Shown piece after piece: positions 12,391 through 24,637 of a stretch of DNA of 64,000 nt (the stretch's first letter is position 1; each line of letters opens with the position of its first letter). The notes beneath the pieces were generated by a model. That model made no database searches, was not told the DNA's origin, and worked only from the letters and a program-made list of their open reading frames with translations. Position numbers and translations under genes: made by a program. The stretch spans positions 38,626,001 through 38,690,000 of the forward strand of contig OZ076410.1 in assembly GCA_964187785.1 (NCBI GenBank). Direction: 5' to 3'. Origin of the DNA: Amphiscolops sp. MND2022. Taxonomy: Eukaryota.

Positions 12391-13160
12391 TTTTGGACAG
12401 TAAGTTAATGGTAAGAATTAGCAATTAGTAGAAGTAGTAGTTGGAGGGTCAAGTTAGTGAGAGGAGAGGTGTACTAGATATCAATTAAAGTTGTGCCGTC
12501 GAGATGACTCATAGTCCAACATATTGGTAGTGGTTAGTAAAACTTAATCGCGCACTAGTAACACGCTGCCGTCAAGTTGACGTTACGTCCCATTTCGTGC
12601 AATATTCACCACTAGCTTCAGTTTCAGTCTATTAATTGTCTTCTCAAGCAGCATCACTTGAGCTATACTGTATTATCCGTAATCTGTATAGTCTCTCTGA
12701 CCTTGAGTCGCACACTGATTTTCTGTAATCTAATTCTAGTGATTCCACTACATTCTATAGCTTAAGCTATACTTCCAATCACATAATTTTGTATCGTCAA
12801 TTTCTATTTTGGACATTATCAGCCCTCTTCGTGGGCAGCAAAGCTAATTTTACTCCACTGGCTTTGAGTATCCAACAACAGTTACATCTTCCTCTTGAGT
12901 GGGTATTGAAGCAATCAACGTTTGGACATTGCTGCAGAAACATCCAATTTCCTTATAGTGCAAGTGTCAAAAGGATCTCATCAATTCCGCCAGCCCTTCA
13001 TGGATTCAGCGTCAGGTTGGTTCTTTTAAATGTGTTAAAATTAGGCTTGATCAGGGCTCTTAATTTCAACAAAGTCACTTCCTCCATCGTGAAATGTTCA
13101 CATACAGTATGAACATTATGTCAAAGGAACTTCCGGAAGTATTTTGTTCAAAGCGCTAAG

Positions 13161-16100
13161 ATGGATTCATATTCAGGAAGTGAGCCGCGCTTATTTATCT
13201 CATTTCATTTAGATAATGAGTTCAACGACCAACCTCTCCAATTGAATGCGGAGGAAGAAAGAATGGAGACCAGCGAGTCCTTTGTGACGGCATCCCCCCA
13301 TGCCGGAAGCCCCACTTTGTCGAGTGATCAAGGCTGCAATCAAAAGGAAGCTACTCTCCAAACGGATACCCTGGCCAGATCCGAGACTGCTACAGAGATG
13401 GATTTTACAATCATTCCCGAGGGCTCTCAGGCAAAAGAATCCGAACAAGTGCAGGAAAAGACCTAACTGTAATCCTGCAAACATCCTCAACTATGCAATC
13501 TGAACCGCCAACAACTCCACAAACCGTTGTGCCAACTGCCGGTGTGGAAAGCAGCAGCACTGACGAGAGTTGCGGGGCATACATAGCTCGAAAATGGCAA
13601 CAGTTAGGCGATTCTCACGAAGATCGTACCCAAGGTCCAAGTGACGGCAACTTGGGTAAGTGCAGTGAGAGCATCACATTAGAGTTGATGCCACAGCGAG
13701 GTGCACCAGACCACACTGAAACCGATTCGGACTCCGTATCAAGGGTCGCTTTCTTGGATTCCCCTGTCGCCCCTATCAAGAGCAACCTCAAATCGATGTA
13801 TAAGCCACCTGAGGCGAAGATTCAAAAACTCTGCGTCAAAATCGGTGAGACTAGAAAAGAGCTTTCCATATCTAATGCTGAGACAGAAGGTTCATCACAC
13901 TCTGAGGGTTGTCTTAGTTCGACGGATGAATTTGGATCAAACGACCCAATTGTCGCTAGTCCACGTGTCCCTTCCGATAGATTTGCCAGTGATACCGGGC
14001 ATGAGTCAGCTGGTCCTGCTGGGTCGACCGTTGCGGATGCTCTGTATGCTCCTTTGGACAAGAGTCGATTGAGAGTTAGTGACGCAGGTAGTGTTACATC
14101 CGTAGATTTTCCAGAGGAGGCGACGCGAAGTCCCCAACTTTCAGCAAGTAGCCGCATTATGATAAAAGAATGCTTTGAGGCCGTGACTCCAGTAATGCTA
14201 CCGCCGGGCCATACTACTTTAGCCCTTAATGAGAGTCAAGTCAGCAACATTCTGAGGGTCGTTGCTGACGAAGCAGTTAAGTCTTCTCTGAAGGCAATGG
14301 AGAACCTGGTTCATCAGACGTGCCGATTGAGCCTTGGAACGCCACAATTTCCTCCATCAGGCAGAGTCACCCCCAAGAGGTCTAGTTACCGGGCTCAAAG
14401 TCCAGGGGTGCAATCCGGTTTGTTATCTGGAGAGACTAGCGATACCAGTGGAGCCTTAAGGAGCGATGATGAGTTTGCCAGCATAGGGTATGCATATGAA
14501 CATTCTGATTTGAGAGTCAGCCTTTCGCTCCGCCGCCTGTTGGCCCCCCAGGGTGCAGTCAGACTGACCCAATGTCAATAGAAGGAGAACTCCGAGTTGA
14601 AAGTCCGGGGAACCAGACTCTTGCCGTGTTAAAAGCGGAAGCTATTGCTGAAAAGTCTAAGCCTACTCCTCGGAAAAAACCTCGCAAGAAGCCATCTCCC
14701 AGCAGGAGTGTAAATCGACATCGGGTGCCCCGTGCCTGCAAAATCATGAAGGAGGCGTATTTTAAAGGCATGGAGTGGACTAAAACTTTCGTGTCTGGGC
14801 CCATGGATCCCCGATGGAATCCGTACAAGATATACTGTCAAATTTGCAAGGGCAATGTATCAATTTATGGGCAGGGAGCACGAGAAATCCTCCGCCACCA
14901 TCGCACCGAAAAGCACCTAAGAAGGGACCAAAAGTGGCGATATCATCATCTTGCGACTGAAGATCCAGTAACCAAGATGGTGAAGCACCAAGTCCGCGGT
15001 GGGGACGGAAGGCTACTGACACCGTACGAGCTACAACTTGAACTGCCAAAATTCATTGGAGTCGAACTCGTCGACATTGGTGAAAAATTGCCATTTTATG
15101 ACGATTATCTGAGAGGAACGGATTACATGGCATCCTCTTCGGAGAACAGAGTGAAAGTGCAGGTTTCAGTCCTCGGCCATTATTTGCGCTCTTTTGGAGA
15201 CATCAGTGCTTTGAGAAACCTGTGGCGGGATATTGGAGTTGTAGTCAACCACCAGTCCTTATTTACAGACTTCGATTGGAGTAAAGAACGTTTATCTGTA
15301 AGTATCTTATTGCCGTCACGCTGACTTGTTGTCCGTTTCTGACCTTTGATTAACAATGTCTAAAAGTTAGTTGTTGTTCTTTCAGGTCCTGTTCCATCAC
15401 TTGTTCTTGCAAACCATTCGCGATATTGGCACACACGTGGTCGAGTCAGGAGAGTATTCCCTGGAATTCGTGAAGCAGGGAGTCTTTCTGCTTGTTTTCA
15501 TCCGGTTCTGGCGAAAAGACGAGTTATGCCGGGTCTTCCTGAAACGTACCGGACGAGTTCTCGGACAAAGCTCAGCTGAACTTAGTTTGATCAGTGACCT
15601 CATGGCCGTCTTCTCAACTACTCCCAATATCGTCAGCTGTTCTGGTGGTACCCTAGAAACGATTCAGATTCTAGACAATTCTCCATTCAGTCAACATGGG
15701 CTACAGCAACCACTCCAATTTGCTGAATTCTCCTTGGCCAGATTGATGCACAAAGAAAGCTATAGTGTTTTCGGACGGATAGATTTTCATTCTGTGCTGA
15801 AATATCTCATTGTCTTTCTTGGAGGATGCCTCGACTGTGATTGGACTCTCCTAACCCCCGTCCTTGCGAAGGTTTGTCATTTCCCCAGTCTGTATTGATT
15901 TGTTATGTCTTAACTGAGTTCTTAAGTCTAATAATTTTAGGCAGTACGGACTTGTCAAATCGAGCTGGAGACATTACCTACCCTGTGTCAGGAGCTTCTC
16001 GCCAATTGGACCAGCATTACTACTTATCTCAATACTCACGCTCCGCCCCATGAAATGATGGGGGTGAGGAAACAAGTAAGCTTCTGCCGTCATTGCGACC

Positions 16101-17427
16101 TCAAGTCCAAAATAAATTTCTCATGTTATTATCTTGTCTTTCAGCCGCAGAATCTTGAGAGAGCGATGCTCAGTGATGAATTGTTCCTCTGCCGGCTTGA
16201 GCTCTTCTATCGCCTCGTCAGGGATTGTGAGTGGTTCCTATTCATTGTTTATAGCGCTGATTTAGTTTGCGTAATTTTAATATTATACTTTATTTAGACA
16301 CTACTAGTTTCGTGCCACACTTGGTCGAACGACGTGATCACGGATTTCATATTTACCGACAGTTGTGTCAATTCCTTCTCAAGCTCGGCAGACGATGCAT
16401 CAAACCCAAAAGCCTTCCACCAGAAAGTGATTTGTCCGGAATCTTGAACATAGTTGTTTCTGATGCTAGAGCCCTTACAGTGACTGACTTTATTGCGCGA
16501 TCTAAACTGGAGCAACGACTGAACGTCGCTTGTAAGATCAAGGCAGAGAAAGAACTGAGTGACAGGAAGGGGAACCGTGCCAATTTGCCCAAACTTGTGA
16601 AGGAAGGAAAGGAAGAGTTTGGACGTCTTGCTCGCGCATATGTTGCTTATCTGTTCCACGCTGCTCAAAATAATTTGCAACTTACGTCCGACATTGTCAG
16701 AGGACTCGGATCTTTCGACCTGGACATCATGTTTCGTTCGCCACTCAGTCAGGCACTCTACTGTTTCAAGCTGCTCTTTCGCAGCTTCCAACTTCGTGGG
16801 TATTTCCAGCCTGCCGATGAATCTGTCTGCACTGAAGAATACCTATCCTTCTTGGACGAATTGAGGAAGGAGATGCCCGAGTTGGACCAGCCCAGGGTTA
16901 TAATCATTGATGCTGTTACCTTCATATTGCGACATGATGCCTTAAAGTCCCGGCCTCATCTCGCGCGTATTTTCAAATTGAGCTGTTTGTGCCTCGACGA
17001 AGATTACACAATTATGCCCTCAGTGAAGTTTGGACCAGTCCGGACTGATGATCCGAAAAGTAAACTGATTGACACCATCCTTCCAGTGCAATCCTTTTTC
17101 ATAAATGTGGGCCGCAGTATCGACGCCTTGACTACGTCTTCTTCGATCTCTGAGTTCCTGGCTTTTGAGCCTACGTTTGGAAGTTCCGCATTCTCCGACA
17201 CATACAGTCCATGGGACGGCTTGGATTATTTTGACCGTTCCCACATTCTCTCTGTCTTGAAACCGAAGGCTGTCCCTCAGAAGACTGATTCTCGAAGGAT
17301 ACAATTCAAGAATCCAAAAGGTAGGAGCGTTACCAAGAGTCTTCCTGCCTCCAGTTTGAACAATTCGCCAGTTAAGCGGCAATCTGATAGTGAATTGCCA
17401 TCCCCTTCATTTACTAAAGACACTTAA
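13161..17427 (+). CDS. Antisense spliced gene of element A; exons 13161-15297, 15386-15871, 15941-16075, 16145-16226, 16298-17427; about 1320 aa; zinc finger plus putative inactive hAT-transposase-like body
   Basis: GT-AG introns of 88, 69, 69 and 71 bp join the ORFs in frame; exons match those of element B; two single-base frameshifts in exon 1 (about 13457 and 14510); finger at 14836-14916. Confidence 0.85.
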
Positions 17428-17654
17428 TTGTACTATATGTACATTTGTTTTTAGTTGTATTTATGTATCTTTCGTTTGTCTGTCAGTCTTGAGTTTTTTA
17501 TTTTATCATTATTTGCAGTCTGTTTGTACAGTTGTGTCGTTATGATGTCTGTATTTGATCTGTTATTGTGGACTACAAGTCAGTCGAGGCCCATAAAAAG
17601 ATACTTGTAGAGTCAAAAGGTGTTGAGTCGGGCCAGTGAATTTACATGTTCTAA

Positions 17655-20600
17655 CTAGTATCTGTATTCGTCAGTAAAGTTGGGGGTAGGATTGGGACGT
17701 AGGTTATATCTCCCTCCCCTAGGACTTTCATTTTCTACAACACAATCATCAGTTTCCTCAATTAATACATCGGGCACGGTTGTATCGTTCCCCCCAGAAG
17801 TTGAAAATTCTGAATTTTCATCTCTAGGTAGGTCCTGATTTGTCAATTCATCGTTTTCAAATTCGGTACTTTGTTGCCGTCTATCGGACTGACGGTCTTC
17901 ATTGTGTGCATTTCTTGAGTACTGCTCCGTATTATCAGCCTCAGTATTTGATTGCCGTCGCGCGGACCGAAGGTCCGCTTCGTTTATTTCGTTTGAACGT
18001 GAGTCACTATCAGTATCATCAGCGTGAGCGGCGTCAGTATTTGTTTGCCGTCGCGTGGACCGTAGGTCCAAATCTGTGATTATGGCATCCTGTTCATCGG
18101 AATTGGTAGGGAGTTCATTAGTAACAGTCCGATTTTCAGAATTAGGAGGGAAATCGTCAAAATTGGTTTCCCATGAAATGATGTACAGATCATCTCGTGG
18201 AATAATAATTTCATCGTCTGCTTGTAAATTTCCTTCGGGACGAATGTCTGGTGGGGTAGTATTTGGAGTGTATTTTCTAAGGCGTATTCGGTGTAATAGC
18301 TGCGTTTTGTTAGTACTAAGTTTACGAACAATATAGTTGTCGTTAGGTAAAACTTTTTCAATGACGTACGGTCCGATCCAACGAAATTCACGAAAAGGAA
18401 TTTTAGAGCCTTGATTGTCAGCTAGAGGTTGTAAAATGAAGCAAAAATCTCCTTGTTGTAGAGGAGCTGCTTTAGCCTTTCGGTCATAATATTCCTTGTA
18501 CTTTAAATATGATTGCATGATGTTTTTCTTTGTTTGATCGATTAATATTTGCGTGCGTCTTTGAAATTCTTCAGCAAAATCAGTCGTTGGAGTGATCTTT
18601 GGGTTAGGGTTTAATCCTAACCGATGGTCTAAGATATTATAAGGTACTCTTCCGTGAAAAATTCGGGTGGGTTCACATCCAAGACTTGAATGATAGGTTG
18701 TGTTATAATTAAGGACGGCCAATGGGAGATATTTGTGCCATTGACGCCTGTATTCGCCTGATGCCATTTTAAGGTTGCCCTTAAGGCTGGCATGAGTGCG
18801 TTCTAGTTTGCCTATCGTCTGAGGATGCTTTGTGGTCGCGCACCGAAGGTGAATTCCTAAAATTTTGGTAATTTCATCTAGGAGTTTGGACGTAAAGGCA
18901 GTGCCTTTGTCGGTGATGAGCGTAGTCGGCAAATAGGAATGTTTTGTCATGATATCAATAATGACCTTTGCCGTATTGATGGCCGAAGCGTCCGTTACTG
19001 GTTAGGCAAAAAGATATCTCGAAAACACGTCCAGAGCCGTTATGACATTTTCATAACCTCCGCTGGGGGGTAAGTTGGGCAGAATGTCAATTTGTAAGGC
19101 ATCCTCTGGGCCAAAATCCCATTCAGGTAAGTTGAGTAATTCAGGTGTTATGGATGCGTTATTGATTCTTTTGTCTTTTATACAAATTTCGCACCCTTGG
19201 ACCCACTTTTTGACAATTTTGGCAATTCCAGGAAAGTAGTATTTTCGTCGAATTTCGTGCAGCATTTTTGAGATTCCCGGGTGTTTGTTCGCGGAACCAT
19301 GTAGTGATTGAAGTAATTCTGTGACTAGATGTTTCGGTAATAATGCCTGGCGGAATTGGACACTGCCTGTTTCATCGTAGTAGTCTCTGAAAATGATGTC
19401 ATCATGTACGGACAGACGGTCAATTTGACGGCAGTAATGTCGGTAGCGCGAATCTTGCTGTAAGATGGTTTCAGAGTATTCTTCTTTTTGCAATTTGAGT
19501 CGTAATTGATGTAAGATAAGATCGTTCTGTTGTTCTATAGCCATGGTGGTTGGTTTTGCCAGTTTTTGTATATTTTGAGTTTGGAATTGTGTATTATCAT
19601 GAGTGCTAAGATGATCTAACAAAATATCAGGAGGTTGATTCATGGGGTTTGACCTGGCGCCTTGTTTGCGTTTCCAGATTTGTTCTTCTGTTTCTTCATC
19701 ATCGTCCGTATAGAAGATCTGTTCCTCTTCAGTAACTCCCGCTGATTGGACGTTGAGTTCGATTGGTGTGGTGGAAATATCTTCTCGTATCCGGAGTATG
19801 AGTTTTTCTTTGGGACAGATTTCTAGACGTGACAAGTAGTCAGCGGCAGTATTGTTTTTGCCAGGTATATGGGCTATTGTGAAACTGAATTGCATAACGT
19901 AGTCACACGCGTTCCACAATGTGGGTGGAATGATTTTTGTTTGAAAAAAGCGAGTGACTGACTTGTTGTCTGTTAGTATTATCACCGGTTTCGGGGTCCC
20001 CCAGAAGATATGGCCAAACTCTTTGAATGCAAAGAATATTGCTAGGAATTCTTTGGCATAAATGGACATCTTCAGTTGGGCTGGACTAAAGGTCTTGGAT
20101 CCATATGCTACAGGTGCGAAGGCTTTTCGCGTCGAAGTATATTTTTCCATCGGATCGTCCTCGATGAGAACTGCATAACCTGCTGCCGAAAAACTAGCGT
20201 CTGTCATCAGGGCTATCTGTTTATCGGGAAGAGGTTGTTTGAGTGCCAGTTCACAACATCGGTCAAGAGCTTTGTTGATCTCGGTGAATTTTTCTAACAG
20301 ATCGGGTGTCACCATGACTTTGGCATCACTTTTCAATAACTTGAAAAACGGTGTGAGTTTTTCTGAGAGTCTAGGAATGTAGTTACGGTAGTAGTTCAAG
20401 AATCCCAAGTATCTTTGAAGGGCTTTCTTGGATTTAGGGAATTTGGTCTTCTCCAAGAAATTCTGGACCCTGGGTCGTTGTGGCCGCACCCCTTCAGGAG
20501 TGATGGTACGTCCCAGGAAGTCGATTTCCTTGGCTCCGAAATGGCACTTGTGCATCGTTAGTTTGAGGCCAGCGGTCCTGATGCACTGGAACGTTGCTCG

Positions 20601-22844
20601 AAGGTTGTTGATGAGCTGAGTAGCGTCGTTTGCAGCTATCCCAATATCGTCTACGTACTGAGCGCATTGGTCAGCTTTTATCACTTTATCCAGATATTCG
20701 CGCATAAAGCTCGAAAATGCGGACAGCGCTCTGCTTAGACCTTGGGCAAGTCGGCGATAGGCAAATGTTCTGCTGGCAAAATTGAATGCCAGCATCTCGA
20801 TTGACCTCTGGTCAGCCATCTGAAGGCAGTGGTATGCTTGAGAACAATCAAGTTTGCAAAATAATCGTTTACCTGCCATGTGCTGCGCAGCATCCGTTAG
20901 TGTGCTGACAGGATGGTTGTTGTTGATGTAATCGTCAGAAATCAGGTTGTTGATCTTTCGGAGGTCAACCAGGAGTCGAAGTTTGCCGTTGGGTTTTTTC
21001 TGGGCAAAGATGGGACTTGCATATTTGGAAAATGGGAGAGTTGTTATAATCCCATATCGATGTAGTAGTGCTAGTTCTACAAGGATATCTTCTTTGAGGT
21101 TGATAGGAGTAGGTAAGCTTTGACTATAGGCAGGAGAGTCATCTTTAGGGGTCAAAGTGACCTTGAAGTCCTCGTTCATACCTATGTCAAAGCGGTGTCG
21201 TGCAAAAATATCGTGAAATTCAACAAGTAATTCTTCAATTTGAGCAATTTCGGCTGGGTTTAGTGTCGAGTCTGTCCAGTCGAAGTTAGCAAGGAATTGC
21301 TTCCGCGATTCGAGGTCATCGAGAGGGTTGAGTTTCTCTAAATCCTGGAGATTTCGTAGTTCCCTAAGGATTCTCTGTTGTATTGGTGTGTGAGTTTGGG
21401 GATCTCCTGGTTCTTCTGGAGTAGGGAACCAATAGTTCTCACTATCATCGCTAGTTTTCGGAGATTTGATCAGGCTACTGGCATAATAGGCAGCATTTTC
21501 CGGGTTATCCTTCAAAAGGTGCCAAGTGGTCACAGGATCAATGGGTTTGACGTATTTCATCTGCTCTGGTGTGAGGACAGAGAAATTGGCAATGTGCGAA
21601 CCTCTTTTGAGGGTGTACGGTTGGTCAGTGAAGTTGTTGACATGGATTGATACCTGTCCTTGGGTCAGTGTGACTAGAGCGGCGCAGAAGGTTATATCAC
21701 CATCTTCTGCAAGGTCGCTGCTCGGTTGAAGAATTCCAGTGACGTTTGTGTCGTCATATAGTTGTGAGAACATGGAAACCATATGTCTGTCGTTGGGGGG
21801 AATAGTTATATCCTCCCGTGCACAGATAGGTTCCATGACATTAGTGTACTTGTGGTCAGCTGTTTTCAATTGCATGGAGAAGAAAGGGAAGTTTAAAACT
21901 CCTTGACGCATGTCCAGTATGGTATTGTTCCGTTGCAGGAACGAGAGACTAATTAACGGACTTGTGAGTTTTTCCATAACGATGAAGATCTCGTGGAAAT
22001 CGATGTCCCCGACCTCGAATTTGAGTTCAACGGTGCTCTTTGGAGTCTCCAGCTGTCCATTGGCTACCATAATCTGGAAGTTGGGTGCTGGGCCCTCTTT
22101 AATTATTGACTGAGGGGCTAACAATCGGATTTTACGTAGATCAGCTTCTGGGATAGCGCTAGATAGGGCTCCCGTGTCTACAAGGCCATCTAATGTTAGT
22201 TCGCCAAAATCCATCGGGAAGTAGAGCATCCGTCGTTTGTATTTGAGTCCCAAATTGGTCGTCAACGGGACGTAGTCAGGTTCACCGTTTCGTGAGATCA
22301 GCGTATTCACAAAGCGCTCTTCCACTGTTGCCGTCAATGTGACCAAAGGTCCATTGTGTGGAAGTTGTTCGGATATTGCCTCCTGGATTGGTGAATTGGT
22401 GTTAATCCACACATTTTGCCAGGGGTCAACAGAGGCCGTGGATAGTTTTGTGTTCAGCATCTGATCAATGTGGGGTTGATCATGTTCGATATCTGCAATG
22501 TTTTTGGTAAAGTTGTTGTAGAAGTGTAGCTGATGTTGGTTGTAGATTTGAATGTCCCAATAGGGGTCTAAACCGAAGTCCGGGTCTAGATAATATGGGT
22601 TGTAGTTATCGATTAGGGGAAGGGGGCGAATGGTCGTAGTATTAGAGTGCTGTCTGTCGGACTGAAGGTCCGGTTTGTGTAAGTGAGTAGGCAAATGCTT
22701 CACCTGCTGCTGCCAGTCAGCTGATGAAGTTCCTTTAATTGAAGAGTAATATTCAGTATAATATATAGTAGGAGGATCAGATATTATATATTGTCTGATA
22801 CGTAATTTTTCATTAATATGGAGTCGTGGCGAATCTAGTTTTTT
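17655..22844 (-). CDS. pol: Pol of element A (PR-RT-RNase H-integrase) with one nonsense codon at 19002-19004
   Basis: LVDTGA (protease), QYVDDIGI (RT), LMTDAS/KEFLAI/TDNKS (RNase H), HPGISKM...CEIC and D-D-E core (integrase), GPY motif; TAA where B has TAC in YLFAYPV; the frame is open from the slippery site. Confidence 0.95.
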
Positions 22845-24637
22845 GAGTTTTTAAGGATAGAAGTTGTGGGTTTATTGGTAGGGTCATCACGACTACTGGT
22901 CGTGTCGTCATCCTTTGGACTATCCAATTTGAGGTTTTTGGGCTTGAGGTGGGCTCCAGCGCCTTTCCAACATCTCTCCGCCGGGTGATTGGTTTTGTCA
23001 CAAGTCGGGCACTTTGGGTACTCTTTTTTGGTACTCGAGCCTTCATTGCGTTTTTGCTCTTCCTTTCGTTTTAGTTTTCGGCAATCGTCTTTGACATGTC
23101 CAGGTTTTTTGCAGTAGTTGCAAGTTATTCCTGGGTCAATGCCTGATGAAAGGAGTCCTTGTCCCGGTCTTGTGGCTGTCGGGGCTGTAGACATTGTGGG
23201 AACGGGAATGTCGTCACCTTCCTCAAGTCCATTCAACTCCAGTTCTCGTTCGAGATGAGTGACAATTTCTTCATAGGTGGCATTCTCTAATCGCGCCATG
23301 TTGACTGAACGTTTGAGTTTCGGTGGGAGTTTTGCGTATAGCAGACTGTCAATCATGGCTTGTGCGTGCTCGCCAAAGGCTTTTTCGGCGCCCTGATTGA
23401 GTTCCTCGAGAAAATCGGGCAATTTCATTGTGTTTGGGTCAAATACCAATTTGTGCCATTTATGTTTGGCAGTTGCCTGGGATTCAGGTTTGACATATTT
23501 CCTATGAAACACAGCTAGTACGTCTTCTAAGGTTTGTCTATTTGCTGAACTGATGTTGCGGAAGGTTTGCAGGGCGTTTTTGCGCAACAGTGAATGAAAG
23601 TGATTAATTTTCATTGCTTCCGTCATTTCTGGTTGCATCTTTATCACCGTGTGAAAAAGGTCTTCAAACAGTTCAAATTTTTCAGATTTGCCGTCAAATG
23701 TGAGTGTGGCAGTATTGACTGGTCGTACCATCAGTGTTTGTGCTGATGATTTGTTGTTCATTCCCATAATGACATCGGCAAGTCTGTTTATGGGGTCTAA
23801 AGGTGTTTGGGGCTGCATTTCCCGGTCATTGATAGGGTTTGAGGGAATTTGTGCCGGGAGAGTGGTATCTAATGTGTCATCGTTGACACATTGTTGATGG
23901 GGAATGTTGTTTCTGGACTGCGTGGGACGTCCGGTCAGAAATTCAGGGACTACATGTGGAGTAAGGTTGGCTCCTGTCACCATGTCATAACCTTCATCGT
24001 TTTCACTCTGTTCAGAATCTCCTGAACATTCTATTTGATGATTTGAAAGGTTATTTGTTGTCTTATTTAGTCTATGAAAATTCTCTCTTGAGTCTTGGAC
24101 CCGCTGGCCAATTCTAATTTTATGCCGTCCATACGACCCTAGGTCCACAGTCTGGTCCATAGGGACGTTTCTACTCGGATGCCGTCCGTCTGACCGAAGG
24201 TCCAATTTCGCGTTTTTACGCTCCCTGTGGTTTATGATGACATTTTCAATGCTCGGTAGTATTTTCTCATCAATAGCAGAGTTGATTACCTCCATGATAT
24301 GGGAATTAAGATCAGATTTCATTTCCTCCAATTTCCTTGACATCTGTGAAGAGATTTCTGAACTAATTGCTCTGCTAGTTTCTACTGTAATTTCACTATT
24401 CTCACTTAAATTTGTATTCAAAAGAGATCTATAGTTACTTTCTTCATGACTGAAACCTTGTTGCTGTCTACTTGACTCAGGGTCAATTTCTATTTGATCT
24501 ACCGTGTTCTGGTCCCTAGTATCGCTGTTTGTATAATTTCCGAGCATCACATCTAGATTTTCAATATCAGACATTATGTCAGATTGTCTTGAACGTTTCT
24601 CTCTTGCTTTTTGCTTTCTGGTTGAAGGCATTTTCAA
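22835..24637 (-). CDS. gag: Gag of element A, 600 aa, two zinc knuckles
   Basis: CNYCKKPGHVKDDC and CPTCDKTNHPAERC; capsid-like core LTFDGKSEKFELFEDLF; starts inside the 5' LTR. Confidence 0.93.
   Translation of the reverse strand: MKMPSTRKQKAREKRSRQSDIMSDIENLDVMLGNYTNSDTRDQNTVDQIEIDPESSRQQQGFSHEESNYRSLLNTNLSENSEITVETSRAISSEISSQMSRKLEEMKSDLNSHIMEVINSAIDEKILPSIENVIINHRERKNAKLDLRSDGRHPSRNVPMDQTVDLGSYGRHKIRIGQRVQDSRENFHRLNKTTNNLSNHQIECSGDSEQSENDEGYDMVTGANLTPHVVPEFLTGRPTQSRNNIPHQQCVNDDTLDTTLPAQIPSNPINDREMQPQTPLDPINRLADVIMGMNNKSSAQTLMVRPVNTATLTFDGKSEKFELFEDLFHTVIKMQPEMTEAMKINHFHSLLRKNALQTFRNISSANRQTLEDVLAVFHRKYVKPESQATAKHKWHKLVFDPNTMKLPDFLEELNQGAEKAFGEHAQAMIDSLLYAKLPPKLKRSVNMARLENATYEEIVTHLERELELNGLEEGDDIPVPTMSTAPTATRPGQGLLSSGIDPGITCNYCKKPGHVKDDCRKLKRKEEQKRNEGSSTKKEYPKCPTCDKTNHPAERCWKGAGAHLKPKNLKLDSPKDDDTTSSRDDPTNKPTTSILKNSKN
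22838..22844 (-). promoter_or_regulatory. -1 ribosomal frameshift heptamer A_AAA_AAC directly before the gag stop
   Basis: TCA AAA AAC TAG; the -1 frame is open into pol; same site in B. Confidence 0.75.
23967..23982 (-). other. Primer-binding site TGGTGACAGGAGCCAA of element A
   Basis: Begins TGG immediately after the LTR-terminal CA; identical 16-mer in B; resembles tRNA-Leu-type PBS (TGGTGTCAGGAG), primer unverified. Confidence 0.85.

Noticed and set aside
12227-12424. Ile-rich membrane peptide
   Set aside because: Translation of the AAT low-complexity tract
14500-14580. Programmed frameshift or hidden intron between the low-complexity region and the zinc-finger region of the antisense gene
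   Set aside because: The break lies about 35-40 codons apart in A and B, there is no shared slippery site or convincing splice pair, and each is fixed by one base in a homopolymer; not fully excluded without RNA data
17655-18200. Chromodomain at the integrase C-terminus
   Set aside because: Only a GPY module followed by an acidic low-complexity tail; no aromatic-cage pattern
13209-23897. Numerous short opposite-strand ORFs overlapping gag, pol and the antisense gene (likewise 45642-56568)
   Set aside because: Shadow ORFs, not conserved between A and B in start or stop
23967-23982. tRNA gene
   Set aside because: Only the PBS complement of a tRNA 3' end; no cloverleaf
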